Of a stretch of DNA of 64,000 nt, positions 41,240-52,189 are shown piece after piece (the stretch's first letter is position 1; every line of letters begins with the position of its first letter). This stretch comes from an uncultured beta proteobacterium. GTDB taxonomy: Bacteria > Pseudomonadota > Gammaproteobacteria > Burkholderiales > SG8-41. Location: positions 16,038 through 80,037 of the forward strand of contig CAWEHH010000009.1 in the NCBI GenBank assembly GCA_963808765.1, written 5' to 3'. The notes beneath the pieces are model-generated. The model ran no database searches, was not told the DNA's origin, and saw only the letters and a program-made list of their open reading frames with translations. The translations under genes were made by a program, and so were the position numbers.

Positions 41240-44200
41240 ATGGTTGATTCACCGCTAGCCGCGCGGCTCAAGCGCGAAGTTCAGGGAGAAGTGCTCTTCG
41301 ACGCCGCGGCGCTCGGGCGCTATGCCACCGACGCATCGATCTACCAGATCGAGCCGGTCGGCGTCGTCGTGCCGCGCAGCGAGGGGGATGCCACTGTCGC
41401 GCTCCAGATCGCGGCCGACGCGGGCGTTCCGGTCCTGCCGCGCGGCGCGGGCACGTCTCAATGCGGCCAGACCGTGGGCGCCGCGCTCGTGATCGACGTG
41501 AGCAAGCATCTGAACGAGGTCGTCGCCTTCGACCGCGAAGCACAGACGGTCACGGTGCAGCCGGGCATCGTCCTCGATCACCTCAACGCGTTCCTGAAGC
41601 CGCATGGCCTGTGGTATCCGGTCGATGTATCGACGAGCGCGCAGGCGACGATCGGCGGCATGACCGGTAACAACTCCTGCGGGTCGCGCTCGATCCGCTA
41701 CGGGAACATGGTGCACAACGTGCAGGCGGTCGAGGCAGTGCTCGCGGACGGCGCGAGCTATGAATTCGGACCGGTGCCGGAGGATCTCACCCAGCTATCC
41801 GGGCCAGAAGGCTACCGCTCGCTCGTGCGCGCGGTGCGCTCGATCGCCGTGCGCGAAGCCGAGGAGATCGAGCACCGCTATCCGAAGGTGCTGCGGCGCG
41901 TCGGCGGCTACAACCTCGACCTGATGCTTCCGGACAGCGCCGCTCGCCTGAAGGCTCGGGCCTCGGCGCCTACGAACAGAGGGAAACCTTCCACGGTTTC
42001 CCTCCGTAACCTCCCTTCCCCCATTAACACCGGCGCGATAAATATGGCGCATCTGCTCGTCGGCTCCGAAGGGACGCTGGCGTATTCGAAGCGCATCCGG
42101 TTGAAGCTCTCGCCGCTGCCGACGCACAAGACGCTCGGCGTATGCCACTTCCCCTCGTTCTATCAGGCGATGGAGGCGCCCCAGCACATCGTGCAGCTCG
42201 GGCCCGTGGCCGTGGAGCTCGTCGACAAGACGATGATCGGGCTTGCTCGCGACAATCCCGCGTTTCGTTCCATCGTCGGGCAGTTCATTCGGGGCGATCC
42301 GGAAGCAATCCTGCTGGTCGAGTTCGCCGGAGAGGATCGCGCCGAGCAGTTGAAGCGCCTGGCGGACCTCACGCAGCTCATGGGCGATTTCGGGTTTCCG
42401 GGAGGGGTCGTAGAGATCACCGATGGCGCTCTTCAACGCGACGTCTGGGAAGTGAGGAAGGCGGGGCTCAACATCATGATGTCGATGAAGGGCGACGGGA
42501 AGCCGGTTTCCTTCATCGAGGACTGCGCCGTGCCGCTCGAGCATCTCGCCGAATACACGCAGCGGCTGACCGAGTGCTTTCACAAGCACGGCACCCGCGG
42601 CACGTGGTACGCGCACGCGTCGGTGGGCTGCCTCCATGTGCGGCCGATCCTCGACATGCGGCGGGACGGCGCGGCGAAGATGCGCGCGATCGCGGAAGAA
42701 GCAGCCGCGCTCGTGAAGGAATACAAGGGTGCGTACTCCGGAGAGCATGGCGACGGCCTCGTGCGCTCGGAATGGATCGCGCCGTTCTTCGGACCGAAGC
42801 TCACGCGCGCCTTCGAAGAGGTGAAGGCGCTGTTCGATCCGAAGAGCCTGATGAATCCCGGCAAGATCGTGCGGCCCTCGAAGCAGGACGACCGCACGCT
42901 CTTTCGTTTCAAGCCCGGCTATGCGGCGCAGCCCATCCGCACCGTGCTCGACTGGAGCGAATGGGGCGGCTTCGACAAGGCCGTCGAGATGTGCAACAAC
43001 AACGGCCACTGCCGCAAGTTCGATGCGGGAACGATGTGCCCGTCGTATCGCGTCACGCGCGACGAGCAGCATCTCACGCGCGGCCGCGCCAACACCCTGC
43101 GGCTCGCGATATCGGGACAGCTCGGGAAGGACGCGTTCGCGTCCGACGCGGTGGCCGAAGCATTCGATCTGTGCGTCTCGTGCAAAGGCTGCAAGCGCGA
43201 ATGCCCGACGGGCGTGGACATGGCGAAGATGAAGGTGGAGTTCCTTTACCACTATCGCCAGCGCGCGGGACTCGGGTTGCAGGATCGGCTCGTCGCGTAC
43301 CTGCCGCGGTATGCGCCGTGGGCGTCGCGCTTCGCGCCGCTCACGAATCTGGCAGGCGCCATGACGAAGGGACTGCTCGGATTCGCGCCCCAGCGGTCGC
43401 TGCCGAAGTGGCGGAGGGATGTGTTCCGGCGGGAGGAAGAGAAACGCGTTCCCCCTCCCCGACCGCTCCGCTCCCCCATCGCTTTCTCCCGAGGGGAGAA
43501 GGGTGTGAGTTCCCTCTCCCCCTGGGAGAGGGTTAGGGTGAGGGGAGAAACCGCATCCCACAAAGAAGTCGTCCTCTTCGTCGACACCTTCAACCGCTAC
43601 TTCGAGCCGGAGAACGCACGCGCGGCCCTGGCCGTACTCGAAGCCGCGGGGTACGTCGTACACATCCCGGAGCCGCCCGGCGAGCGCCCGCTCTGCTGCG
43701 GCCGCACGTTCCTCGCGGCCGGTCTCGTGCCCGAAGCGAAGCGCGAAGCCCAGCGCATGCTGGACGTGCTGAAACCCTACGTCGATCGCGGCGTTCATGT
43801 CGTCGGCCTGGAGCCCTCATGTCTTCTCGGACTGCGCGATGAATTCCTTTCGATGCATCCTGACGGCGAGATGGCCGAGCTTGCGCTGAACGCGTTTCTG
43901 TTCGAGGAGTTCATCGCCGACGAGGTGGCCGCCGGTCGCTTCGACGCGCGCTTCAAAGCGCTTCCGCAGAAGACCGCACTGCTGCACGGCCATTGTCACC
44001 AGAAGGCGTTCGGAGCGATGCCCGCCGTCGATCGCGCGCTGCGGCTGGTGCCCGAGCTCGACGTGCAGACGATCGAGTCGAGCTGTTGTGGGATGGCGGG
44101 AAGTTTCGGCTACCAGGCGAAGCACTACGATGTGTCGATGCGCATGGGCGAGCTCACCCTCTTCCCGCGCGTGCGCGCGAGCTCGGCAGACACGCTCATC

Positions 44201-44296
44201 GTGGCTGACGGCACGAGCTGCCGCCACCAGATTGGCGATGGCGCCGCACGGGATGCGGTGCACGTCGCGCGCGTGCTGCACGCGGCTTTGAGCTAG
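41240..44296 (+). CDS. FAD-binding oxidase fused to Fe-S/CCG domains (YdiJ-like, D-2-hydroxyacid dehydrogenase-type)
   Basis: Open frame of 1018 codons from the ATG at 41240. [41 protein letters not shown]...[17 protein letters not shown], two CCG-like motifs (PLCCGRT, SCCGMAG). Confidence 0.85.
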   Translation: MVDSPLAARLKREVQGEVLFDAAALGRYATDASIYQIEPVGVVVPRSEGDATVALQIAADAGVPVLPRGAGTSQCGQTVGAALVIDVSKHLNEVVAFDREAQTVTVQPGIVLDHLNAFLKPHGLWYPVDVSTSAQATIGGMTGNNSCGSRSIRYGNMVHNVQAVEAVLADGASYEFGPVPEDLTQLSGPEGYRSLVRAVRSIAVREAEEIEHRYPKVLRRVGGYNLDLMLPDSAARLKARASAPTNRGKPSTVSLRNLPSPINTGAINMAHLLVGSEGTLAYSKRIRLKLSPLPTHKTLGVCHFPSFYQAMEAPQHIVQLGPVAVELVDKTMIGLARDNPAFRSIVGQFIRGDPEAILLVEFAGEDRAEQLKRLADLTQLMGDFGFPGGVVEITDGALQRDVWEVRKAGLNIMMSMKGDGKPVSFIEDCAVPLEHLAEYTQRLTECFHKHGTRGTWYAHASVGCLHVRPILDMRRDGAAKMRAIAEEAAALVKEYKGAYSGEHGDGLVRSEWIAPFFGPKLTRAFEEVKALFDPKSLMNPGKIVRPSKQDDRTLFRFKPGYAAQPIRTVLDWSEWGGFDKAVEMCNNNGHCRKFDAGTMCPSYRVTRDEQHLTRGRANTLRLAISGQLGKDAFASDAVAEAFDLCVSCKGCKRECPTGVDMAKMKVEFLYHYRQRAGLGLQDRLVAYLPRYAPWASRFAPLTNLAGAMTKGLLGFAPQRSLPKWRRDVFRREEEKRVPPPRPLRSPIAFSRGEKGVSSLSPWERVRVRGETASHKEVVLFVDTFNRYFEPENARAALAVLEAAGYVVHIPEPPGERPLCCGRTFLAAGLVPEAKREAQRMLDVLKPYVDRGVHVVGLEPSCLLGLRDEFLSMHPDGEMAELALNAFLFEEFIADEVAAGRFDARFKALPQKTALLHGHCHQKAFGAMPAVDRALRLVPELDVQTIESSCCGMAGSFGYQAKHYDVSMRMGELTLFPRVRASSADTLIVADGTSCRHQIGDGAARDAVHVARVLHAALS
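41948..42021 (-). repeat. Hairpin repeat family, copy 3, inside the YdiJ-like CDS and in frame
   Basis: The reverse complement is ggggaagggaggttacggagggaaaccgtggaaggtttccctctgttcgtaggcgccgaggcccgagccttcag. It is translated as ...[25 protein letters not shown].... Confidence 0.6.
43450..43547 (+). repeat. CCCTCCCC...GGGAGAGGGTTAGGGTGAGGGG repeat inside the YdiJ-like CDS and in frame
   Basis: Translated as [33 protein letters not shown]. Related sequences lie at 41178-41231 (inverted) and 22487-22517. Confidence 0.5.
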
Positions 44297-44305
44297 AGGA
44301 TAAGG

Positions 44306-46378
44306 ATGGACCAGTCGATCGCCGCTCCGCGCTCGGGCAGCCCAATCGCGGGCGGTGGGTGGCTACTCGACGTGCAGGACCTGCACGTCCACTTCGTCAC
44401 GACCCGCGGTGTCGTGCGCGCCGTCGAAGGCATCTCGTACAACGTGAGGCCGGGCGAGATCGTCGCCCTTGTCGGCGAATCCGGCTGCGGCAAGTCCGTC
44501 TCCTCCCTCGCCATCATGCGACTGCTCGCAAAGCCCGCGGGCCGCATCGTCGGCGGGCGCATCCTCTTCGAAGCGCGCGATCTCCTGATGCTCTCCGACG
44601 ACGAGATGCGCGCGATCCGCGGCCGGGAGATCGCGATGATCTTCCAGGAGCCGATGACTTCCCTCAATCCGGTGCTCACGATCGGCTTTCAGGTCATGGA
44701 GCCGCTGCTTCTGCACCTGAACATGCCGATGGCGGCGGCGCGTACGCGCGCGACCGAGCTTCTGAGGATGGTGGGCATTCCGGACGCGGCACGCCGGCTG
44801 AACCAGTATCCGCACCAGTTCTCGGGCGGCATGCGTCAGCGCGTGATGATCGCGATCGCGCTCGCGTGCAATCCGAAGTTGATCATCGCCGACGAGCCGA
44901 CGACCGCGCTCGACGTGACGATCCAGGCGCAGATTCTGAAGCTCATGAAGGACCTCTCCCGCGATCTCGGAATCGCGATGGTGGTCATCACGCACAATCT
45001 GGGCATCGTCGCGCGCTACGCCGATCGGGTGAACGTCATGTACGCCGCACGCATGACGGAGCAGGCGCAGGCTCCGGCGCTCTTCGGCAAGCCGCTGCAT
45101 CCGTATACCGCGGGGCTCCTGCGTTCGGTGCCGCGACTCGACAGACCGCGTGGCGCGCGTCTCGAGACGATCGAAGGCGCGCCTCCGAATCTCCTCGATC
45201 CGCCGCCGGGCTGCCGCTTCGCGCCCCGCTGCGCGGCGCAGGTTCCCGAATCGCTGTGCGCTCAGCCGCCGATGCTCGAGGTCGAGCCCGCGCATTACTC
45301 CGCATGCGTGCGCGCCGCGGAGATGGCGCGCGTTGGCGCGGAAGGCCTGGGTCTCGCCCGTGCGAGCCTGGCGATCGGCGTCGATAAACTCGTCGATCGC
45401 GCGACGCCGCTCATGAGCGTGACGAACCTCAAGACCTACTTCGAAGTGAACGCCGGATTGAAAGCGCTCTCGTCGAAGCGGGCGGTGGTGCGTGCGGTCG
45501 ACGGACTCTCGTTCGATGTCTTCCGCGGTGAAACGCTGGGGCTCGTGGGCGAATCCGGCTGCGGCAAGACCACCGTCGGGCGCACGCTGCTGCGCCTCGA
45601 GACGCCGACGGACGGGGAAATCAGGTTTGCGGGCAGCGACGTGACACGCGTGACCGGCGACGCGCTCAAGCGCTATCGACGCCAGATCCAGGTGATCTTC
45701 CAGGACCCGTACAGCTCGCTCAATCCGCGCATGACGATCGGCGACATCATTGCGGAGCCGATGCTCGTCTACAAGCTCGAGCCCAGTCGCGCGGCGGCGC
45801 GCGAGAAAGTGCGGGAGCTCCTGAAGCAGGTCGGTCTCTTCGACTACATGGCCGAGCGTTATCCGCACGAGCTCTCGGGCGGGCAGCGACAGCGCGTGGG
45901 CATCGCGCGTGCGCTCGCGATGCGTCCCTCGTTCATCGTATGTGACGAGCCGGTCTCCGCGCTCGACGTTTCGATCCAGGCCCAGATCATCAATCTTCTG
46001 GAAGACCTCCAGGCGAAGCTGGGCCTCACGTATCTGTTCATTGCTCACGATCTTGCGGTCGTGCGCCATATTTCCGACCGCGTGATCGTGATGTATCTCG
46101 GCAAAGCGATGGAGATGGCCGATCGCGACGCGCTGTACGCCGAGCCGCTGCACCCGTACACGCGCGCGCTGCTCGATGCGGTGCCGATACCGGACCCGAT
46201 CATCGAAGCGGGCCGCGCATCGAGCGTGCTCGGCGGCGAAGTGCCGAGTCCGCTCGCGCCGCCACCCGGCTGTGTGTTCAGCACGCGCTGCCCGTGGGCG
46301 AGCGACGAATGCAGGATGCAGGTGCCGCCGTTGCGCGAGATTCGCCCGGGGCACTACGCGGCGTGCATCAAGCTGTGA
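44306..46378 (+). CDS. ABC transporter ATP-binding protein with duplicated ATPase domains (peptide/nickel-type DppD-DppF fusion)
   Basis: Intact 690 aa ORF with two Walker A sites ([16 protein letters not shown]), two LSGG signatures ([16 protein letters not shown]) and oligopeptide-type C-terminal extensions. Confidence 0.9.
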   Translation: MDQSIAAPRSGSPIAGGGWLLDVQDLHVHFVTTRGVVRAVEGISYNVRPGEIVALVGESGCGKSVSSLAIMRLLAKPAGRIVGGRILFEARDLLMLSDDEMRAIRGREIAMIFQEPMTSLNPVLTIGFQVMEPLLLHLNMPMAAARTRATELLRMVGIPDAARRLNQYPHQFSGGMRQRVMIAIALACNPKLIIADEPTTALDVTIQAQILKLMKDLSRDLGIAMVVITHNLGIVARYADRVNVMYAARMTEQAQAPALFGKPLHPYTAGLLRSVPRLDRPRGARLETIEGAPPNLLDPPPGCRFAPRCAAQVPESLCAQPPMLEVEPAHYSACVRAAEMARVGAEGLGLARASLAIGVDKLVDRATPLMSVTNLKTYFEVNAGLKALSSKRAVVRAVDGLSFDVFRGETLGLVGESGCGKTTVGRTLLRLETPTDGEIRFAGSDVTRVTGDALKRYRRQIQVIFQDPYSSLNPRMTIGDIIAEPMLVYKLEPSRAAAREKVRELLKQVGLFDYMAERYPHELSGGQRQRVGIARALAMRPSFIVCDEPVSALDVSIQAQIINLLEDLQAKLGLTYLFIAHDLAVVRHISDRVIVMYLGKAMEMADRDALYAEPLHPYTRALLDAVPIPDPIIEAGRASSVLGGEVPSPLAPPPGCVFSTRCPWASDECRMQVPPLREIRPGHYAACIKL

Positions 46379-46473
46379 ACGGCGGCCGTCGAATGTAAGA
46401 TGCAAGGGTCGGACTCGCGCGAGGTCCGCCGGATCTCCCTACGAGAGCGCCGCACAACGAGAGGAGGAGAGAG

Positions 46474-48055
46474 ATGATTGTTCATACTCTGCGCGTGCTT
46501 GTTACGATCGCGCTCGCGACGCTCCCGGCATTTGCCGCAGAGCAGACGCCGCGCAGTGGAGGGCTGCTCAAGTTCGCGGTGGGGGCCGAGCCGCCGAATT
46601 ACGACTGCCACGCGAACACCTCGTTCGCGTTCATCCACCCCGTTCGCCCGCACTACAACACGCTGCTCGAGTTCGACACGGCCAAGTATCCGGCCATCAA
46701 AGGCGATCTCGCGGAGTCGTGGACGATTTCGAAAGATGGCCTTACCTATACGTTCCGGCTGCGCAAAGGGGTGAAGTTCCACGACGGCTCCGCGTTCACC
46801 TCCGAGGACGTGAAGGCCACGTACGACCGCATACGCAATCCGCCGGCGGGCGTTCTGTCGTTGCGGCAGGCTGCCTATGCGGACATCGCTTCGATCGAGA
46901 CGCCCGATCCGAACACCGCCGTCGTGAAGCTTTCGAAGCCGAACGCCTCGATGCTCGCGAATTTCGCGAGCCCCTGGGATTGCATCTACAGCGCGGCGCG
47001 GCTGAAGAAGGACCCGAAGTTCCCGGAGCGCAACATCATGGGCACGGGGCCTTTCACGTTCGACGAGCACGTGGCCGGATCGCACTGGCGCGGGCGCAAG
47101 TTCAAGGACTATTTCGAGAAGGGCAAGCCGCACCTCGACGGCTTCCTCGCGATGTTCATCGGCGGCGCTCCGATGGTCAACGCGCTCGCCGCGGGTGAAG
47201 TGCTCGCGGAGTTCAGAGGCCATTCGCCCGCGGACCGCGACCGTCTCGTGAAGGCGCTCGGCGACAAGGCGGTGGTGCAGGAAACACCGTGGGTGTGTTC
47301 GCTCGTCGTCACGTTCAATACGAAGAAAAAGCCGTTCGACGACGCGCGGGTGCGCCGAGCGCTTTCGCTCGCGATCGACCGCCGGGGCGGCGCCCAGGCG
47401 CTTTCGAGAATCGCGCTGGTGCGTCACGTCGGCGGCATTCTACGGCCTGGTTACGAGTTTGCCGCCTCCGAGAAGGAACTGACGGAGCTATCCCGGCTTT
47501 TCGGAGGACATCAATGCTTCGCGGGCGCAGGCGCGCAAGCTCCTGCAGGAGGCGCGGCTTCCCAATCTTACGTTCACGCTGACCAACCGCAACGTTGCCA
47601 TGCCGTACACGCCCGTGGGCGTTTTCCTCATCGATCAGTGGCGGCAGATCGGCGTCAACGTGAAGCACGAGCAGCTCGAGACCAAGCTCTACCTTGCCGC
47701 GCAGCAGCGCGACAATCCGACGTTCGATGCCGCGCTCGACTTCAACTGCGACTTCATGGACGAGCCCAATCTTCAGCTCCTGAAATACCTCTCGCACGAT
47801 CGATCGACCATCAACTACGCGCAGCAGACCGACCGCACGCTCGACGATCTCTTCGACAAGCAGTCCGGCGAGCTCGACAAGAAGAAGCGCTATGCGATCC
47901 TGCGGGAGTTCGAACGGCGCGCGCTGGACGAGGCGTACACGATTCCGACGATCTGGTGGCATCGCATCATCGTCACCCACAGGAACCTGAAGGGCTGGCA
48001 CATCACGCCGAGTCACTATGTCGGGCAGGACCTGACGGATGTGTGGCTGGAGTAG
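46474..48055 (+). pseudogene. ABC transporter substrate-binding protein, family 5 (peptide/nickel type), one frame break
   Basis: ORF 46474- (signal peptide, LAESWTISKDGLTYTFRLRKGVKFHDG) joins the frame of ORF 47600-48055. Break near 47490. Confidence 0.85.
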
Positions 48056-48116
48056 AGGCGGCATGAGCCTTGTCGCCCCCGCACAACTCGTCCCAGGCGC
48101 CGTTGCGGTGTTTGCT

Positions 48117-48196
48117 CTGGATCCCGGATGCGTGTGCCGTGCACCTCCGGGATGACGCCTACTTCGTCATTCCGGCGCGATGCCGGAATCCAGGCG
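48117..48196. repeat. Pair of inverted REP-like units
   Basis: ctggatcccggatgcg...cctccgggatgacg and cgtcattccggcgcgatgccggaatccaggcg. Confidence 0.6.
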
Positions 48197-48234
48197 CTGA
48201 CGACCGATAAGATTCGAAGGGCTCCCTTCTGATC

Positions 48235-49183
48235 ATGTATCGGTACGTAGTGAATCGCGTGCTGCTCATGATCCCGACGCTCTTCGGCGTCGCGGTCCTC
48301 GTTTTCTTTCTGCTGCGTCTTGCGCCCGGCGATCCGGTGCAGATGATGTTCGAAGGCGCGAACGTGCCGCAGCACGTGATCGATTCCGAGCGTACGCGTC
48401 TGGGCCTCGATCAGCCGATGTACAGTTCAGTTCGTGAAGTGGTTCGGCGCCATCCTCAGCGGTGACTTCGGCGTGTCGATCTGGACCGGGCGTCCCGTTC
48501 TGCACGAGATCGGAATCCGCCTCGAGCTCTCGCTGCAGGTCGCGATCATGGCGACGATTCTCGCGGTCCTGATCGCGCTGCCGCTCGGGACGCTCTCGGC
48601 CGTGTTCAAGGACACGTGGATCGATCATCTCGTGCGGTTGATCTCGATCGCCGGTCTTGCCGTGCCTTCGTTCTGGCTCGGCATGATCATCATCCTGCTC
48701 CTGCTCACGTACTTCTCGTGGATCCCGCCGCTCACGTTCACGCCGTTCTTCGAAGACCCGCTGAGGAATCTCTCGCAGCTCATCTGGCCCGCGCTCGCGG
48801 TGGGATATCGCTATTCGGCCGTGGCGATGCGCATGATGCGCTCGTCGGTGCTCGAAGTGCTCCAGGAGGATTACGTGAGGACCGCGCGCGCCAAGGGCGT
48901 CTACGAGCGGCTCGTCGTCTCGCGCCACGCAATGCGCAACGCGCTGCTGCCGGTCGTCACGGTGGTGGGACTCGAGTTCGCGTTCCTGATCGGTGGACTC
49001 GTCGTAACCGAGCAGGTGTTCAACCTGAACGGCATCGGCAAGCTCTTCGTGCAGGCGGTCGCACGCGGCGACTACACGCTCATCCAGGGTCTCGTGCTGT
49101 TGGTCGCCGTTTTCTTCGTTCTCGTGAATTTCGCGATCGACATGATGTATGCACTACTCGATCCGCGGATACGGTACAGATAA
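48235..49183 (+). pseudogene. ABC transporter permease (DppB-like), one frame break
   Basis: ORFs 48235-48465 and 48434-49183 join. RLAPGDP, EDYVRTARAKG. Break near 48425. Confidence 0.85.
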
Positions 49184-49186
49184 CCG

Positions 49187-50080
49187 ATGAGCACGACGGC
49201 TACCGTGGTCTCGTACAGAGTGCCGAAGCGAAGGCATCCGCTGCTGCAGTTCATGATGCAGCAGCCACTCGGCGCGGCGGGCATGTTCGTGATCATCGCA
49301 ATGGCGGCGGCCGCTATCTTCGCGCAATGGGTGGTGCCGTACGACCCGCTCGCCGTCGACTACGCCGCGATGCTGGCTGCGCCTTCGGCCGAGCACTGGC
49401 TGGGGACCGACTCCTTCGGGCGCGATGTGTTGTCGCGCATCATCTACGGCGCGCGCACGGCGCTGGCGGTCGGTTTCCTCGCGTCGTTTCTCGGTTCGAC
49501 GATCGGCGCCGTTGTCGGCGTCATTTCGGCCTATTTCGGCGGAAAGACCGATCTCATCATCCAGCGGGTGATGGACGTGCTGTTGTCGTTTCCGATCATC
49601 ATCCTCGCGATCACGGTCGTCGCGGTCCTCGGCAAGAACGTCATCCTCGGCGTGGACGTGAACCTCGTGATCGCGATCGGGTTGCCGATGGTGCCGAAGG
49701 TGGCGAGGGTCGTGCGTTCCTCGGCATTGGCAATCCGCGAGCTGCCGTATATCGACGCGGCGCGAACCGCGGGATTCTCGGACGCGCGCATCATCTTCCG
49801 GCACATGGTGCCGAACGTGGTCGCCCCTTATCTCATCATGCTCACGGCCTTCGTCGCGCAGGCGATCCTCGCGGAAGCGTCGCTCTCGTTCCTCGGGCTT
49901 GGCGTGACCGAGCCGACTGCCTCGTGGGGGCTCATGCTCTCCGGTTCCGCCGCCGACTTCTACCAGCAGGCGCCCTGGATGATCGTGTTCCCGGGTATCG
50001 CGATCAGCCTCGCGGTGTTCGCGTTCAATCTGTTCGGGGACAGCCTGCGCGACTGGCTCGATCCGAAGATCAAGGTTTGA
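49187..50080 (+). CDS. ABC transporter permease (DppC-like)
   Basis: Intact 297 aa ORF. GTDSFGRDVLSRIIYGAR and an EAA-type loop. Confidence 0.9.
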   Translation: MSTTATVVSYRVPKRRHPLLQFMMQQPLGAAGMFVIIAMAAAAIFAQWVVPYDPLAVDYAAMLAAPSAEHWLGTDSFGRDVLSRIIYGARTALAVGFLASFLGSTIGAVVGVISAYFGGKTDLIIQRVMDVLLSFPIIILAITVVAVLGKNVILGVDVNLVIAIGLPMVPKVARVVRSSALAIRELPYIDAARTAGFSDARIIFRHMVPNVVAPYLIMLTAFVAQAILAEASLSFLGLGVTEPTASWGLMLSGSAADFYQQAPWMIVFPGIAISLAVFAFNLFGDSLRDWLDPKIKV

Positions 50081-50206
50081 ATGAACGCCTTCCGGCGAGC
50101 GCGCATGGCCGGCTGCGCGGATCGAAAACGTTCGCGGTGAGTCTGGTCAGCGCAGCGCCGCACGCGGTGTAAGCTTCGGTCATCGCCGGCTACTCCACAT
50201 CCCTGC

Positions 50207-50920
50207 ATGAATACGTCCGACCCGTTTCAAGGCGAAGTGCACACGCTCATGTTCGATCTCTACGGCACGCTCGTGGACATGCAGAGCGGGCTCACGAACG
50301 CGGTCACGCCGTACCTTCAGCAAAAAGGCTGGCCGGGCAGGCCGGACGCGCTGGTCACGTGGTGGCGACGCACGCACTTCGAGAATTCCATGATCGACGC
50401 GCTGCTCCACCGCGATCACACGCCTTATCGGGAGATCGGAGAACGGGCGCTCGGTTATACGCTGGAGCGCGCGGGCATCGAGTATTCGGAAGAGGACGTC
50501 GAGGCGCTCGTGGCGAGGATCGAGCACCTCGAGCCGTTCCCGGAAGTGGTCGCGGCGCTGGAGAAGCTCAAAACGCGTTATCAGCTTACGATCCTGTCGA
50601 ACGGCGATCCGGACATGCTGGAGGCCGCGCGGCCTCACTTGCAGGTGGAATTCGATCGCATCATCTCGGTGGCCGCCGCCGGCTCCTTCAAGCCGCACGT
50701 CGCGACCTACCGGATGGCTGCGGAAATTCTCGGCTCGCCGCCTGACGCGATTCTTTTCGTGGCCAATCACGCGTTCGACTGCGTCGGCGCGAAAGCGTAC
50801 GGCATGCGCACCTGTTTCGTGGACAGGCGCAAGCGCCCGTTCGGCGACTGGCCGTATCAGCCGGATCTCACCGTCGGGGATTTCGCCGAGCTGGCGCGAA
50901 GACTGTGTGGGGCTAGCTAG
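50207..50920 (+). CDS. Haloacid dehalogenase type II / HAD-superfamily hydrolase
   Basis: Intact 237 aa ORF. LMFDLYGTLVD, LSNGD, SFKPH, VANHAFD. Confidence 0.85.
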   Translation: MNTSDPFQGEVHTLMFDLYGTLVDMQSGLTNAVTPYLQQKGWPGRPDALVTWWRRTHFENSMIDALLHRDHTPYREIGERALGYTLERAGIEYSEEDVEALVARIEHLEPFPEVVAALEKLKTRYQLTILSNGDPDMLEAARPHLQVEFDRIISVAAAGSFKPHVATYRMAAEILGSPPDAILFVANHAFDCVGAKAYGMRTCFVDRRKRPFGDWPYQPDLTVGDFAELARRLCGAS

Positions 50921-50923
50921 TAA

Positions 50924-51215
50924 GTTAGAACCACCGCCGACTGGTTAGCGGGGGCCGTGGAACGGCGGGGTCCCCGCGAACGTAGCTCTCCAGCGTCGGT
51001 TGGTATTCACATCTTATGTACGAGGCCAATGCAGAATCAACGGCGCGCCGCTCATTCTGCCTCAAGCCTCGTACAATCGGACGAGAGTTCTAACGGGCGC
51101 CTGAATGTCACGTTCGCGGCGACAGCCTCGCGGAGGCGCGCCGCTCACCAAAATGGGTGAGTTCTAATGGACGAGCGTAGCGCCGACAGCCTGTCCCAGG
51201 CGCGCCGCTCACCAC
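50924..51215 (+). repeat. ~115-nt structured repeat, copy C, plus a tandem/inverted extension
   Basis: Core at 50924-51040 with the invariant 30-mer. It is followed by an inverted GTACGAGGC/GCCTCGTAC hairpin, GTTAGAAC/GTTCTAAC terminal inverted matches, and three GGCGCGCCGCTCA-initiated subunits (about 51041, 51135, 51199). Confidence 0.65.
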
Positions 51216-51217
51216 TG

Positions 51218-52189
51218 TCATTTCTTGGTATCCTCCCGCGCCAAACGCTCCACCACCGGCCCCAGGCGCTTGTGATCGGCCTCGAAAAACTTCACGAACT
51301 CCGGCGTGTCGCGATAGTCGACTTCGATGCTCACTTTCTGCATCGCCTGCTGATACAGCGGATCGTTGATCACGCGGCGGACCATGTCGCGCATCGCATT
51401 GAACGTCGGCTCCGGCACGCCCGCCGTGGTGAAGAGCCCCACCCATAGATAGGCTTCCATGTCGTAGCCGAGCTCCTTGAAGGTCGCGACGTCGGGCAGG
51501 CTCGAATGGCGCTTCCCGCCCCAGCTCGCGAGCGCTCGCAGCTTGCCTCCTTTAACGTGCGGCGCCACGGCGGCAAGTCCCTGTCCGGTTGCCACCACGT
51601 GACCACCAAGCAACTGCGTCACGGCAGGACCGCCGCCCGTCGTAGGCACGTGGCGCATGCGAAGTCCGGCGCTCTCGAGGAACATCGCGAACGGCACGTG
51701 CGTGATCGCGAACGGACCGGAGGTCGAGAACGCGAGCTGGCCGTCCTTCGCCTTCGCTTCGGCTATGAAGTCCTTGATCGACTTATGCGGGCTCTCGACC
51801 TGCACGGTGAACACGAGCGGATCGGCGCTCGTCAGCGCGATCGGCTGGAGCTGCTTCAACTGATAGGGCTGCTCGACGTTCTGCGCCTTGTTCTTTTCCA
51901 CGACGAGATAGATGTTCGGCGTCGTCACGAGGATGTTGTAGCCGTCGGGTTTCTGGTTCGCGACATAAGCGGTGCCCACCGCCGCCGTGCCGCCCGGTCT
52001 GTTCACGACCGGCGCGGGCTGGCCGTAGAGCTTTTCGATCACGACGGACAGTGGCTGGGCCGTGATCTGATTCATCCCGCCCGGCGGATTCGGGACCGTG
52101 ATCGCAATGGCACGCGACGGATACTTCTCCTGCGCGCCGACGGCGACGGCAGTCAAGGCGAGCGCGACCGCGCACGTAAGACGTTTCAT
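51218..52189 (-). CDS. Bug/TctC-family substrate-binding protein
   Basis: ATG at 52189 after GGAGGA. Signal peptide MKRLTCAVALALTAVAVGA, YPSRAIAITVPNPPGG. Confidence 0.9.
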   Translation of the reverse strand: MKRLTCAVALALTAVAVGAQEKYPSRAIAITVPNPPGGMNQITAQPLSVVIEKLYGQPAPVVNRPGGTAAVGTAYVANQKPDGYNILVTTPNIYLVVEKNKAQNVEQPYQLKQLQPIALTSADPLVFTVQVESPHKSIKDFIAEAKAKDGQLAFSTSGPFAITHVPFAMFLESAGLRMRHVPTTGGGPAVTQLLGGHVVATGQGLAAVAPHVKGGKLRALASWGGKRHSSLPDVATFKELGYDMEAYLWVGLFTTAGVPEPTFNAMRDMVRRVINDPLYQQAMQKVSIEVDYRDTPEFVKFFEADHKRLGPVVERLAREDTKK

